Source of the DNA: Candidatus Latescibacterota bacterium
GTDB taxonomy: Bacteria > Latescibacterota > UBA2968
NCBI GenBank assembly: GCA_965204745.1
Contig: OZ242010.1
Coordinates: forward strand, 4,288,001 to 4,352,000
Length of the DNA: 64,000 nucleotides
Reading direction: 5' to 3'
Position numbers and translations under genes: made by a program. Every line of letters begins with the position of its first letter. The first letter of the stretch is position 1. Positions 39,585-48,780 of this stretch are shown here, one piece after another. The notes below the pieces were generated by a model. The model saw only the letters and a program-made list of their open reading frames with translations. It searched no databases and was not told where the DNA came from.

Positions 39585-39646
39585 CAGTAGTCAGTGGTCA
39601 GTAGTCAGTGGTCAGTGGTCAGTGGTCAGTGGTCAGTGGTCAGTCC
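39585..39646. repeat. Heptamer tandem repeat (CAGTGGT/CAGTAGT), ~8 units
   Basis: Directly visible, about 10 nt upstream of the herA start. Confidence 0.95.
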
Positions 39647-39714
39647 GCCCAACCCCCATCACCCGTAGATCAGCGACATGCTTCGCGGCCGTTGCGTTCA
39701 TCCGCGGTTGCGCC

Positions 39715-40314
39715 TCATTGGGAAACCCGCCTCATAATCGAACTGAGGCGGTCGTAGTCGTCGCGGATGAGGCGGCACAGGTCTTTGCCAATGCTCACCA
39801 GATAGGGCATGTCAAACGCACGCGCGGCCCAGGCATTTCGCACCGAGGCGATGATGAGATCGTCCGCGGGCAGGCGATTGCCATTGCCGCACAAAATGCT
39901 GCGGAGAAAATCGCCGCTGTTGGTCAGGGCTTTGACCTCGGATTCCGAGCAGGGAAACACAAAACTGTGGATGCCGGGCGGTTGCGGGGGCAAGACCCGT
40001 TGCGGGCCTTTGTCGTCGCCATAGCCGATAATCACCGCTTCAAACTCGGTTTTGAGCAGTTCGAAAATTTGCGGTTGTTCCTCGCGCAACTGCTGCTCGG
40101 TCAAGCCGTAGGCCGTGGCGCGGCGGTTGGGTTCAATCGAGTGCGTACACACATTGAACACCAAGCCATACACGGGCAACGCGCCGCGGGTTTTGACAAA
40201 GGATCCAAACGGCGGCGCGCCATTGAGCTCGCGGCTTTCTGACGTGAATTGCGACGTGGAACTCTCGATGATTTCCCCGATAAAGTCGCTGATATCAAAT
40301 TGCACGAGTGACAT
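39715..40314 (-). CDS. HAS-barrel domain protein (NurA/HerA-associated)
   Basis: IGEIIESST...PPFGSFVK...PPQPPGIH; lies between nurA and herA. Confidence 0.75.
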   Translation of the reverse strand: MSLVQFDISDFIGEIIESSTSQFTSESRELNGAPPFGSFVKTRGALPVYGLVFNVCTHSIEPNRRATAYGLTEQQLREEQPQIFELLKTEFEAVIIGYGDDKGPQRVLPPQPPGIHSFVFPCSESEVKALTNSGDFLRSILCGNGNRLPADDLIIASVRNAWAARAFDMPYLVSIGKDLCRLIRDDYDRLSSIMRRVSQ

Positions 40315-40322
40315 GGAAACCT

Positions 40323-40559
40323 CTATTGTGAAAGGGCATACCAGTCTGACGCTGTAATTTCACTTTCGAGAATCGCTTCGACTTCCCGAATCATGAAACG
40401 CAACTGCGGAACAGAGTATTCAGAATTAGACGGAATAGCCAATCGGTGATTTTGATAGGTCATGAATTGGTGACGTGTCCCTGAATAAGGGCCATCAAAT
40501 CCGAGTTTGCGAAGCCGACGAATGAAATCGCGGCGTTTACATATCACCCAACGGTTCAT
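40323..40559 (-). CDS. hicA: HicA family toxin
   Basis: LRKLGFDGPYSGTRHQFM...IP. Confidence 0.85.
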   Translation of the reverse strand: MNRWVICKRRDFIRRLRKLGFDGPYSGTRHQFMTYQNHRLAIPSNSEYSVPQLRFMIREVEAILESEITASDWYALSQ

Positions 40560-40809
40560 GCACGGGCACCTTGTTTAAGTCGATACCCTTAACAACGGGC
40601 AGTTTATGTCCGAGTTTGATGCCCACAAAAATCCAATCTTCGAGTGTGGCATGGAGCTCTGCTTCACAGGTGCGGAGCGAATTGGCAAATGCCACAACGC
40701 CCTTACACCCGGGAATGCGTCCGCCGAACGTACCGTCCTCGAGCGCGTCGTATTCGGCCTGTGCCATGAGATCATGGATATAATCGGTGAGGATGAATTG
40801 TGTCGCCAT
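40537..40809 (-). CDS. hicB: HicB family antitoxin
   Basis: EDGTFGGRIPGCKGV...LEDWI...LPV. Confidence 0.85.
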   Translation of the reverse strand: MATQFILTDYIHDLMAQAEYDALEDGTFGGRIPGCKGVVAFANSLRTCEAELHATLEDWIFVGIKLGHKLPVVKGIDLNKVPVHEPLGDM

Positions 40810-40839
40810 AGTGGGATTCTCGCTTATATGACCACAGCC

Positions 40840-41013
40840 TTATGAAAAAGAAAATGTGTCCTCATTCTGCATCGGTGGCGAAACGTAGGCGATGATTCGC
40901 TCAAAAAATACGACATCATCTTTGAACCTGCCCAGTCCTGTATTGCAACTGTCGCAGATCCATTCCCGCCCCTTTCCGGTTTTGTGGTCGTGGTCGCGTA
41001 CGATATTTGCCAT
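40840..41013 (-). pseudogene. C-terminal stub of an Hpy99I/endonuclease VII-like HNH restriction nuclease
   Basis: 57 aa: RDHDHKTGKGREWICDSCNTGLGRFKDD. TAATG-coupled to the upstream methyltransferase. Confidence 0.75.
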
Positions 41014-41807
41014 TACGCCATCCCTGTCATCTGTATTTGTCCGCCATAAACGCGTTTTTTTGCGATTGCAATGTACTCTTTGGAAATATCCACGCCGATG
41101 AATCTGCGATTGTGCTTGAGAGCCATTTTGCCGGTCGTGCCACTGCCACACATGGGATCGAAGACGAGGTCGCCGGCATTTGTCCAGGACAAGATGTGGT
41201 CTTCCGCCAACTTTTCGGGAAAAACCGCGGGGTGTCCAAACGCGATTTTGTCGGTTGTCGTGCCGCCATAGCCGACCGCGTAAGGCCAGATATTTGTGCG
41301 GGTCTTTTCCTTTTTCAGTTCCTTGAGCACCTTCTTGTTCACCCCATCCGCGCCCTTGTTGTGCGTCAGCATCTCCATGCCGTGTCTGACCGTTTTCACT
41401 TTTATGGGATTAAACGTAGTCGGTTTGCCCCGCGACAACACAAACATAAACTCATAGCAATTCGTGTACGCATTGCTCCGCATAAACGGCGTGTTCTTCT
41501 TTTGGTAGATCATGACATCGTGCATCTGAAAACCGATGTCCTGAAAGAACAAGCCCTGCCGAAAACTGGTGAGGGTTCGCCCGCCATTGATCTTGTCCCC
41601 AACGACCCAGACGACGACCCCGCCCTGTTTTGTCACCCTGAATAGCTGCGTTGCGATATTCTCAAAGTCAAACGAGTAGCCCTTGTAATTTCGCAAATTA
41701 TCGTAAGGCGGCGAGGTCACGGTCAAGTCGATGGACGCCTCATCCATACGCGACATAAACGCCACGCAGTCCTCGACAAAAATTCCTTCTTCCATCATTT
41801 TCGCCAT
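41013..41807 (-). CDS. Site-specific DNA methyltransferase (N4C/N6A, beta class)
   Basis: TSPPY, HPAVFP, DPMCGSGTT. Confidence 0.93.
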   Translation of the reverse strand: MAKMMEEGIFVEDCVAFMSRMDEASIDLTVTSPPYDNLRNYKGYSFDFENIATQLFRVTKQGGVVVWVVGDKINGGRTLTSFRQGLFFQDIGFQMHDVMIYQKKNTPFMRSNAYTNCYEFMFVLSRGKPTTFNPIKVKTVRHGMEMLTHNKGADGVNKKVLKELKKEKTRTNIWPYAVGYGGTTTDKIAFGHPAVFPEKLAEDHILSWTNAGDLVFDPMCGSGTTGKMALKHNRRFIGVDISKEYIAIAKKRVYGGQIQMTGMA

Positions 41808-41873
41808 TTTGTTTCCTCGCGTCCAGAGTTCACATTGCGACTCTGGCGATTGCGGCAACCTTTCCGCGTCGAG

Positions 41874-42044
41874 TTACCAGTTGCCAAAAGTTTTGATCGC
41901 ACTGCCATAGACAAGGATCGTTTCATTGCAATTCCGTCTTTCTTGGATATTGTCCAACAAGAGTTCCATAACGGGTATTTTGTTGATGTTAAAACGCACT
42001 TCCCGATAGTGTTGGGGACTGTCATTTCGCATTTCGAGTTCTCC
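41874..42044 (-). pseudogene. C-terminal stub of a probable type II restriction endonuclease
   Basis: Frame not in the ORF track: GELEMRNDSPQHYREVRFNINK...VYGSAIKTFGNW*, overlapping the end of the Dam-like gene. Confidence 0.5.
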
Positions 42045-43020
42045 GAATTAACAACTCGTGTGATTTTTTGACATGCGAGCCTTTGTTATTTTTCGTGCGA
42101 TTTTTTCCGATTCTCGTATCGCCCTGACCAAATGTGTACTGCCATTGCGGGGTTTCGATATGAAAATCCGAATACCAGTTGCGGATGGTGTCACAGTCGT
42201 TGTAGGACAAGATGAATCCGCCCTGATGTGAGAGGAGTAAGTCTCGGAGTTTTTCGTGCGGAAAGCCAACGTGATGGATCGGGAAGTTGCGGTGCGGATA
42301 CATGCCGACAAAGGTTTTTCCATCTTCGAGATAATAAGGCGGATCGCAATACAAAAAATCGCTTCTATGCGCGGGAATTGAATCCTCAAAACTCGCGCAT
42401 TGCACGGACATGCTGTTTGCGTGAAAGCACTTCACCTTTTCGAGCATCCTCGCATAGCGAGTTTCATTGAGATAGATATCCGAAGGCCAGCCGAGAAAAT
42501 GCGGGCCATAAGATGTGTTGGAATTAAAATAATAGTGTGCCGCGAGATCGCAGGGATCGAGCTTTTCCCCGTCCTTCCAATGGGAGACGAGTTTGTCCTT
42601 GACTTTTTTGAACGTGGCGCGGTCGGGCGAAAACCGTTCCAAGCGATTGTAGAGCGCGTCCCTCTCTCTCAACTGAATGTCCCAGTACGCGCATAAGATG
42701 TCGAATACATCATAAGCCACGACTTCTATACCCAACTCTTTGGCGCATGCCACTTCGACCGAACCGCCGCCTAAGAATGGCGACACCAATCGAATCAATC
42801 CCTTCGGCAAACGCGCTACGACATACCCCACCGCGAGGCTTTTCCCGCCGGCATAGCGCAGGGGCGATCCGAGATAGCGTTTGTAGTCCTGCTTCCCATT
42901 GCTTTTTAGCGCGTGCAAAAACCGCTCTTTACGCGAAAGGGCGTGACGCACCTCATCGAGACCAAATAAAGTGGGTACCGATATTTCATCGACAGGTGAA
43001 ACCGCAATTTTTTCTTTCAT
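42022..43020 (-). CDS. Dam/D12-class DNA adenine methyltransferase
   Basis: SPLRYAGGKS, SPFLGGGS, YCDPPY, LSYND. Confidence 0.95.
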   Translation of the reverse strand: MKEKIAVSPVDEISVPTLFGLDEVRHALSRKERFLHALKSNGKQDYKRYLGSPLRYAGGKSLAVGYVVARLPKGLIRLVSPFLGGGSVEVACAKELGIEVVAYDVFDILCAYWDIQLRERDALYNRLERFSPDRATFKKVKDKLVSHWKDGEKLDPCDLAAHYYFNSNTSYGPHFLGWPSDIYLNETRYARMLEKVKCFHANSMSVQCASFEDSIPAHRSDFLYCDPPYYLEDGKTFVGMYPHRNFPIHHVGFPHEKLRDLLLSHQGGFILSYNDCDTIRNWYSDFHIETPQWQYTFGQGDTRIGKNRTKNNKGSHVKKSHELLIRRTRNAK

Positions 43021-43039
43021 GGTGTTCTCCTTACGCTAC

Positions 43040-43185
43040 ATCGGTGGCGAAACGTAGGCGATGATTCGTTAAAAAAATACGACATCAGGCGGCGAGGTCA
43101 CGGTCAAGTCTATGGACGCCTCATCCATACGCGACATAAACGCCACGCAGTCCTCGACAAAAAACCCTTCTTCCATCGTTGCCAT
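43040..43185 (-). pseudogene. Internally deleted duplicate of the MTase + HNH cassette
   Basis: MATMEEGFFVEDC...LTVTSPP (matches ~41706-41795) fused directly to DVVFF.. (matches ~40871-40918). Confidence 0.85.
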
Positions 43186-43188
43186 TTC

Positions 43189-44067
43189 TTACTCCTCGCC
43201 GAACAGTTCCAAAGTTGGCGCGTCTTCGTCTGCGAGCCGAATGAAATACTTCCCCGACCGAATCCGATTCAGGGCGAACTCATAATACGACGGGATAATT
43301 TCAAAACCGACATAGTGCCGCCCTTTCATCTTGCTGACGACGGCGACTTGCCCCGAACCTAAAAAGGGATCCAAAACCACATCGCCCTTTTTGCTGGAGT
43401 AGTCGAGGATTTTCTCGATGAGCGCAGCGGGTAATTTTGTCGGCGTTTTCACCGCGCCATTCCAATACTCCCGCTTGATGTCCCAGACATCCTCTTTGTC
43501 CCTGTAATGTGCAGTGCCCCCGGTTTCTGTTTTTGCATCCTTATCAAAGCGAGAGAAAGGATAGAATTGCCGCTTCTGATCGTCTTTACAGACAAAGAGG
43601 CAATGATAATGCGAGGTGACATACTTCCGCTTTGTGACGACGCCAAACTGATATTTCCAGATCAGGTGATTAACCGTTGTGAGCGCGCACCGATCAATGG
43701 CGATCAGCAAGTCTTTCAGGTGATTCCATCCCGAGAAGATATACATGCTCCCGGACGCTTTGAGCACCCGCGTCGCCTGTTTAAGCCAAGCCTGTGTGAA
43801 CGCGAGGTAATCGCGGCTTTCTATCTCATTGTAACCTGGAAGCACCTGGTCGCCCTTTCGATTGTAGTTGTTGCGCGTCGCTTGAAAGTCAATGGCGAAT
43901 GGCGGATCTGTGATGATCAGGTCGATGCACGCCGCTGGCATGTCGGACATGAGCGAAATGCAATCGCCCTGCTTAATGGTGTCTCGCCATGATTTCACAA
44001 ATTCTGCCATCTTATCGCTTTCCTTTCTGACCAATTTTGCCATTTCTTGTTTTCGTGTCTCACTCAT
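43189..44067 (-). CDS. Site-specific DNA methyltransferase (N4C/N6A, beta class)
   Basis: ITDPPF, PTKLP, DPFLGSGQ; ATGA overlap with the nurA stop. Confidence 0.92.
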   Translation of the reverse strand: MSETRKQEMAKLVRKESDKMAEFVKSWRDTIKQGDCISLMSDMPAACIDLIITDPPFAIDFQATRNNYNRKGDQVLPGYNEIESRDYLAFTQAWLKQATRVLKASGSMYIFSGWNHLKDLLIAIDRCALTTVNHLIWKYQFGVVTKRKYVTSHYHCLFVCKDDQKRQFYPFSRFDKDAKTETGGTAHYRDKEDVWDIKREYWNGAVKTPTKLPAALIEKILDYSSKKGDVVLDPFLGSGQVAVVSKMKGRHYVGFEIIPSYYEFALNRIRSGKYFIRLADEDAPTLELFGEE

Positions 44068-45284
44068 ACCGCCGCGGCTATTTTTTTGAGTTGTTTGAGC
44101 GACTGTTCGATTTTGACGTCGTTTTTGACAAAGGCATCTTTTAGGAACTTGAAGAAGATATCGCGGTCGGCGCCGCGCACGATGGCGCGCTCGTGAGATT
44201 CGGACAAGACCACGGGATAGCCCCGCCCTTTCTCGACTTGATCGACAATGGTGGCGTGGACGAGGTCGAGCAACTCGCGGTCGCGGGCCACCCATTCGGG
44301 GATTTCCACGCGGCCGATCTCCCAACCCGTGTGAACGTAAAAAAAGCAGATGTGGTGGGGGCCGTAGTCGTCGAGGATTTTGGACGCGCTTCGGTACACC
44401 CCACTGCGCTCGCCGCGCTTGAGTTTGCGGGCGTACAGCATATCGTCGGTCACGCCGGCGATGGGTTCGCAGGGAATGGTTGCGGGCGGTTCGGCATTGG
44501 CATCGAGATTGAGACCGTGTTGCGCTTCGGCGGCTTTCCACGGGCACCGGTCGCAGTTGGGCGGCTGTTCAGGACACAGGCCCACGCGCAGGGCATTGAG
44601 CACATCCGCACTGCCGGGATCGGAAATATACCCCGCAATGGGCACGCGCAATGCGCGCAATCGCTCCAAACTGGCGAGCGTGGTCTTGAGGGTTTCGCGG
44701 CGAAAATCGTAGGGTTTGCCCTCGAGCATCCACAAAATCAAGGTACCATCTGTCAGCCCGGCGAGGGTTCGCCCCTCTGCGTGCGCCTGATCGGCCAGGG
44801 CCACGACCTTTTCCAATTCCATTGTATTGCGCCGCATTCCCACCACGTCGCGGGTGATGGCACTGCGCTTGCCCGCCCACTCTTGGTAGAGATCGTCCTC
44901 ATCGTAAAACAGCGTGGGTTCACTGCTCAACACGGGCCGCTCCCCGCTGCCGTAGTGAATGACGACATAGCCGATATTGATGAGAAAACAGTTGCCGACC
45001 TCGTGCCGATCCGGGAAAATCTGCGACCCATCCGCGGCGATGACAGTGAGTTCCTTGGGCCGGTCCGGCTTTGGACACGTCTCGGTAATCGGCCCGCCCG
45101 GTTGGGCCACCAGCCAAGACGTGCGGCTGCGCGCAATTTTAACGCTCAGACTTTCCCACGCATCTTCCCAGCGGTCCATTTCGGAACACGCCAACTCAAT
45201 GCGCGCAAAAAAATCGTCTTGCATGGTTCGGGCATCGACAGCCATCTGGTCGATCTGGCGTTTGAGCACACCGTAGTTGAGCAT
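44064..45284 (-). CDS. nurA: NurA family 5'-3' nuclease
   Basis: AADGSQI, DGTL, GYIS, RVEIP, GYPVVLSESHERA. Confidence 0.92.
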   Translation of the reverse strand: MLNYGVLKRQIDQMAVDARTMQDDFFARIELACSEMDRWEDAWESLSVKIARSRTSWLVAQPGGPITETCPKPDRPKELTVIAADGSQIFPDRHEVGNCFLINIGYVVIHYGSGERPVLSSEPTLFYDEDDLYQEWAGKRSAITRDVVGMRRNTMELEKVVALADQAHAEGRTLAGLTDGTLILWMLEGKPYDFRRETLKTTLASLERLRALRVPIAGYISDPGSADVLNALRVGLCPEQPPNCDRCPWKAAEAQHGLNLDANAEPPATIPCEPIAGVTDDMLYARKLKRGERSGVYRSASKILDDYGPHHICFFYVHTGWEIGRVEIPEWVARDRELLDLVHATIVDQVEKGRGYPVVLSESHERAIVRGADRDIFFKFLKDAFVKNDVKIEQSLKQLKKIAAAV

Positions 45285-45294
45285 GGGAAACTCC

Positions 45295-45453
45295 AGTTGT
45301 CAGTTGTCAGTTGTCAGTTGTCAGTTGTCAGTTGTCAGTTGTCAGTTGTCAGTTGTCAGTTGTCAGTTGTCAGTTGTCAGTTGTCAGTTGTCAGTTGTCA
45401 GTTGTCAGTTGTCAGTTGTCAGTTGTCAGTTGTCAGTTGTCAGTTGTCAGTTG
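45295..45453. repeat. Heptamer tandem repeat (CAGTTGT), ~22 units
   Basis: Perfect array directly upstream of the nurA start. Confidence 0.97.
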
Positions 45454-45688
45454 ACCAATTCTAACGAACATAGCGGTGGGGAGCGGGCGGGGACTGACTA
45501 CTGACTACTTGGGCGGTAGGGTCAGGTGGGGACTGACCACTGACTGCTGTCAGTTGTCAGTTGTCAGTTGACTAATTCTAACGAACATAGCGGTGGGGAG
45601 CGGGCGGGGACTGACTACTGACTACTTGGGCGGTAGGGTCAGGTGGGGACTGACCACTGACTGCTATCAGTTGTCAGTGGTCAGTCCG
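45450..45688. repeat. Two tandem copies of a ~117-bp heptamer-associated element
   Basis: ttgac(c/t)aattctaacgaacatagcggtggggagcgggcggggactgactactgac... at 45451 and 45568. Confidence 0.92.
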
Positions 45689-45759
45689 CACCGCCGCCCA
45701 TCAAGCGGTCAGGCACCCCGTCGCCGTACACGCACGAGCACGACGTAAGTTTAATCGCT

Positions 45760-46317
45760 CTACACGATTGATTCGTAAAAAAATTGCCGGCCACCGCCGG
45801 CCACGCTGCCGTCGCGCACGCGGCACACGAGGCCCATCTTTTGAAGGGCGTTGAGCCGGTTGCACGCGATATTGATGTTTTTCCTCAAGGCGTGGGCGAA
45901 CTCGGACGACGTCCCTTTCTTGCGGGTCAGCACCACGTCCAGGGCTTCTCGAATGGGCGTTTTGAGCACGCCGATCACCTGAATGTCGCCATCGTCGTCT
46001 TTGAAAAGCGCGGCCAAGTTCCGCAACGTGAGCACGGCCTCGAAGGTTTCGCGCACGGAATCATTGGCGTTTTGAATAAAGGCAAAGCGATGCCCGAGTT
46101 CGCCACTGCCGATTCGCATGAGGAGTTTGGAGAGCAATTCGTCGGCACAGGAAATGTCGATGAACGAGACGTTGGCAAAGTCGAGCGGCGTAACCGCATC
46201 GTCATCGGCTGTTTGCATGAATGCCATGAGCTGATTGAGCAATGCTTCGCCTCGGTCGCGCCCACTCAAAATGCCCGTGGGCGTTTGAAAAATAAAGGGA
46301 GGGGTTTGTTCAGGCAT
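45760..46317 (-). CDS. STAS-like (DUF4325-type) + winged-HTH protein
   Basis: LSGRDRG, LDFANVSFIDISCADE, C-terminal HTH (NRLNALQKMGLV). Confidence 0.72.
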   Translation of the reverse strand: MPEQTPPFIFQTPTGILSGRDRGEALLNQLMAFMQTADDDAVTPLDFANVSFIDISCADELLSKLLMRIGSGELGHRFAFIQNANDSVRETFEAVLTLRNLAALFKDDDGDIQVIGVLKTPIREALDVVLTRKKGTSSEFAHALRKNINIACNRLNALQKMGLVCRVRDGSVAGGGRQFFYESIV

Positions 46318-46384
46318 GCATCGTTCCTCAAAATTCGGTCGAGATGATGTTGGTGGAGATTGGCGGGGGAACGATGGGGAGAAG

Positions 46385-46510
46385 GTGGTCAGTGGTCAGT
46401 GGTCAGTGGTCAGTGGTCAGTGGTCAGTGGTCAGTGGTCAGTGGTCAGTGGTCAGTGGTCAGTGGTCAGTGGTCAGTGGTCAGTGGTCAGTGGTCAGTGG
46501 TCAGTGGTCA
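46385..46510. repeat. Heptamer tandem repeat (GTGGTCA), ~18 units
   Basis: Directly visible. Confidence 0.97.
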
Positions 46511-46901
46511 GCAGAACAGATCACCTTTGGGGATGGGTGGAGACTGGTAGTTGATGGCATCTTGTATCTTTGGGCGAGCACGGAGGCAATCGTCCCTTTT
46601 AATTGAATTCAGTTAAGTTGTGGGAAATTAGGCGTTATGAAATGATATGTCAAGTGTTTTTTATCGGGCGAGGGAAAATCCAAGGGTGCGTGCCGACATT
46701 GGCTATGCCCGTGCTTGCGCGTGCGCCGGAATGGCGATGGGGCAAGGCAAAGAGCGTTGATGTTGCAGTTGTACACCATTCCGCAGATTCGGCTATGCCG
46801 TGCTTGCAAATTGCGATATATTAAGCCCATCGCTCCTAACACATACGCAAAGGCGCGATGCCCTATGCTGATGCTACTCATAGTGGAACAAAGGTTTGAC
46901 C

Positions 46902-47525
46902 ATGATTCCTCCTGCATCCAAAGACCAAATGCCCGTTTGGCGCGGCGATGGCAATGTCTTGCAGGTCAATGAAATTTTTTATTCCATCGAAGGCGAGGGC
47001 CTGCGCGTGGGGCAACCCACGACATTTGTGCGCCTGGCGCGGTGTAATTTGCGCTGCTTTTTCTGCGATACCGAGTTCGATACCTTTCGGGAAATGACTA
47101 TCGCGCAGATCGTCGCAACGGTCGAGCGGCACTCGGCGACGTGGGTGTGTTTGACCGGGGGCGAACCCCTGGGGCAAAATATCGCGTTGCTTTGCCGGGC
47201 ATTGGTGCAGGCCGGGTATCGGTTGCACATCGAAACGAATGGCACGGTTGATCCGGACCCGGTCTTGTGCGATCTCATCGAACACTGGACAGTATCGCCC
47301 AAACGCAGAAAAATCGCCGCCGGCCTGACGCGCATCACCGAACTCAAATACGTGGTGGGCCAGGCATTCCGCGAGGACGTGGTCGATGAACGCCGCGCAC
47401 AATACATCTACTTGCAGCCAGAGTCGAGTGAGCCCCAATATATTCGCAAGGCATTGGACATTTTGACTCGGCATCCCAACTGGCGGTTGTCGTGTCGCAT
47501 TCACAAAATACTGAACCTGCCATAA
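46902..47525 (+). CDS. queE: 7-carboxy-7-deazaguanine synthase (radical SAM)
   Basis: EIFYSIEGEG, CNLRCFFCDT, LTGGEP, IETNG, VSPK. Confidence 0.9.
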   Translation: MIPPASKDQMPVWRGDGNVLQVNEIFYSIEGEGLRVGQPTTFVRLARCNLRCFFCDTEFDTFREMTIAQIVATVERHSATWVCLTGGEPLGQNIALLCRALVQAGYRLHIETNGTVDPDPVLCDLIEHWTVSPKRRKIAAGLTRITELKYVVGQAFREDVVDERRAQYIYLQPESSEPQYIRKALDILTRHPNWRLSCRIHKILNLP

Positions 47526-47537
47526 GGAGAAGGGCAC

Positions 47538-48539
47538 ATGATCAAACTGGGCATGATCGGATGTGGGGGCATGGGAGGCGCGCACATGCGGCGGTTTCAC
47601 ACCTTGCGCCACCGCGTCTCATTGGCCGCTGCTGTCGATGTGGTGAAAGAACGCGCAGAGGGCATCGCACGACACTTTCCCGACGCCATCGCGGCCACGG
47701 ATTACCGCGAGATTTTGGGATCGGTTGACGCGGTATTGCTCGCGTTGCCCCATCACTTGCACTTTTCCGTGGGGCAAGCGTGCCTCGATGCGGGCGTTCA
47801 CGTCTTGCTCGAAAAACCCATGGCCAATTACGAAGTGGCGTGCAAGGAACTGATAGAAGCCGCGGAAAAATCGGGCAAAGTGCTGATGATCGCGTACTGC
47901 ATGCGCTTTCATCCCTTGGTACAACGCTTGAAAGCCCTGTTGGACGCCCAGGCGTATGGCGATGTGTTTCAGGTGTCGATTTGGACCGAACAACTCACGC
48001 GCTATCCCCCGGACCATTGGGCATCGAGCAAAGAGCGGTTGGGCGGCGGGCAGTTGTTCAGCCACGGGTGTCACTATATCGACTTGTTGCTCTATTTTTT
48101 GGGCCGACCCGTGCGCGGCACGCACATGGGCACGAATTTCGGCACGCCTTGGATGGAGCGCGAAGGCACGAGCAATGTGACGATGGAATTTGAAAATGGC
48201 CGCTTGGGCTACCACTTTGGCACATGGGGCGCTCGGGGCACGCGCTTGCGCTACGCGATTCACGCGCATTGCACCGAGGGGTTGCTCGAAGCCGATCTCT
48301 CGGGCGGCAAACTCGTGCATATCATGCGCGGCGACGAAACCGTGTTGCTCGAAGCCGAGCGCGGCAAACACACGGAAAACGAGATGGCCCATTTTCTCGA
48401 CTGCATCGAAACCGGGCGACAACCGCTGACAGATGGCAAGAGCAGTTTGCAGGGCTTGCGCGTGATCTGGCGATTGTACGAGGCCGAGCAAGCAGGGCAC
48501 ATCGCCGATTTGACCGGCTTGGGTTTGGAAGATGTTTGA
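47538..48539 (+). CDS. Gfo/Idh/MocA oxidoreductase
   Basis: IGCGGMG, HVLLEKP, GCHYID. Confidence 0.93.
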   Translation: MIKLGMIGCGGMGGAHMRRFHTLRHRVSLAAAVDVVKERAEGIARHFPDAIAATDYREILGSVDAVLLALPHHLHFSVGQACLDAGVHVLLEKPMANYEVACKELIEAAEKSGKVLMIAYCMRFHPLVQRLKALLDAQAYGDVFQVSIWTEQLTRYPPDHWASSKERLGGGQLFSHGCHYIDLLLYFLGRPVRGTHMGTNFGTPWMEREGTSNVTMEFENGRLGYHFGTWGARGTRLRYAIHAHCTEGLLEADLSGGKLVHIMRGDETVLLEAERGKHTENEMAHFLDCIETGRQPLTDGKSSLQGLRVIWRLYEAEQAGHIADLTGLGLEDV

Positions 48540-48544
48540 TCTAT

Positions 48545-48666
48545 ACCTACCCCCCCGGCCCGTTACGCGCTTCGTTGTAGGCTACGCCTGTGTCTGCGCC
48601 AAGATACAAGATGTAAGATGGGATTTTAGCCACGAGCGGGGTACAACTGGCGATAGCCCGTTCAAA
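48545..48666. repeat. Composite REP-like repeat
   Basis: Shares cgttgtaggctacgcctgtg with 18411-18446 and ggggtacaactggcga(t/c)agcccgttca with 7343-7369. Confidence 0.7.
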
Positions 48667-48780
48667 GGCGAGCAGTGAGTGTAGGTCTTCTCCCGTCTTG
48701 CCTCTCACCTCTCACCTTTTTTCGTTACTCCAGCGCAGGCGTAACTGACGCCGGAGTCCAGTGATTTTTTGGAGGATGCC

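Noticed and set aside
41795-42025. 76-aa ORF MTVPNTIGK.. from the ORF track
   Set aside because: The overlapping frame (MRNDSPQHYREVRFN..) looks like the real, remnant coding frame.
45277-46606. ORFs encoding SVVSCQL / SVVSGQW peptides
   Set aside because: By-products of heptamer repeats that are open in all three frames on one strand; no RBS or coding context.
46902-47525. queE as part of a 7-deazaguanine DNA-modification (dpd) system
   Set aside because: No dpdA/tgt-like, queC or queD genes are adjacent. Housekeeping queuosine synthesis is the simpler explanation.
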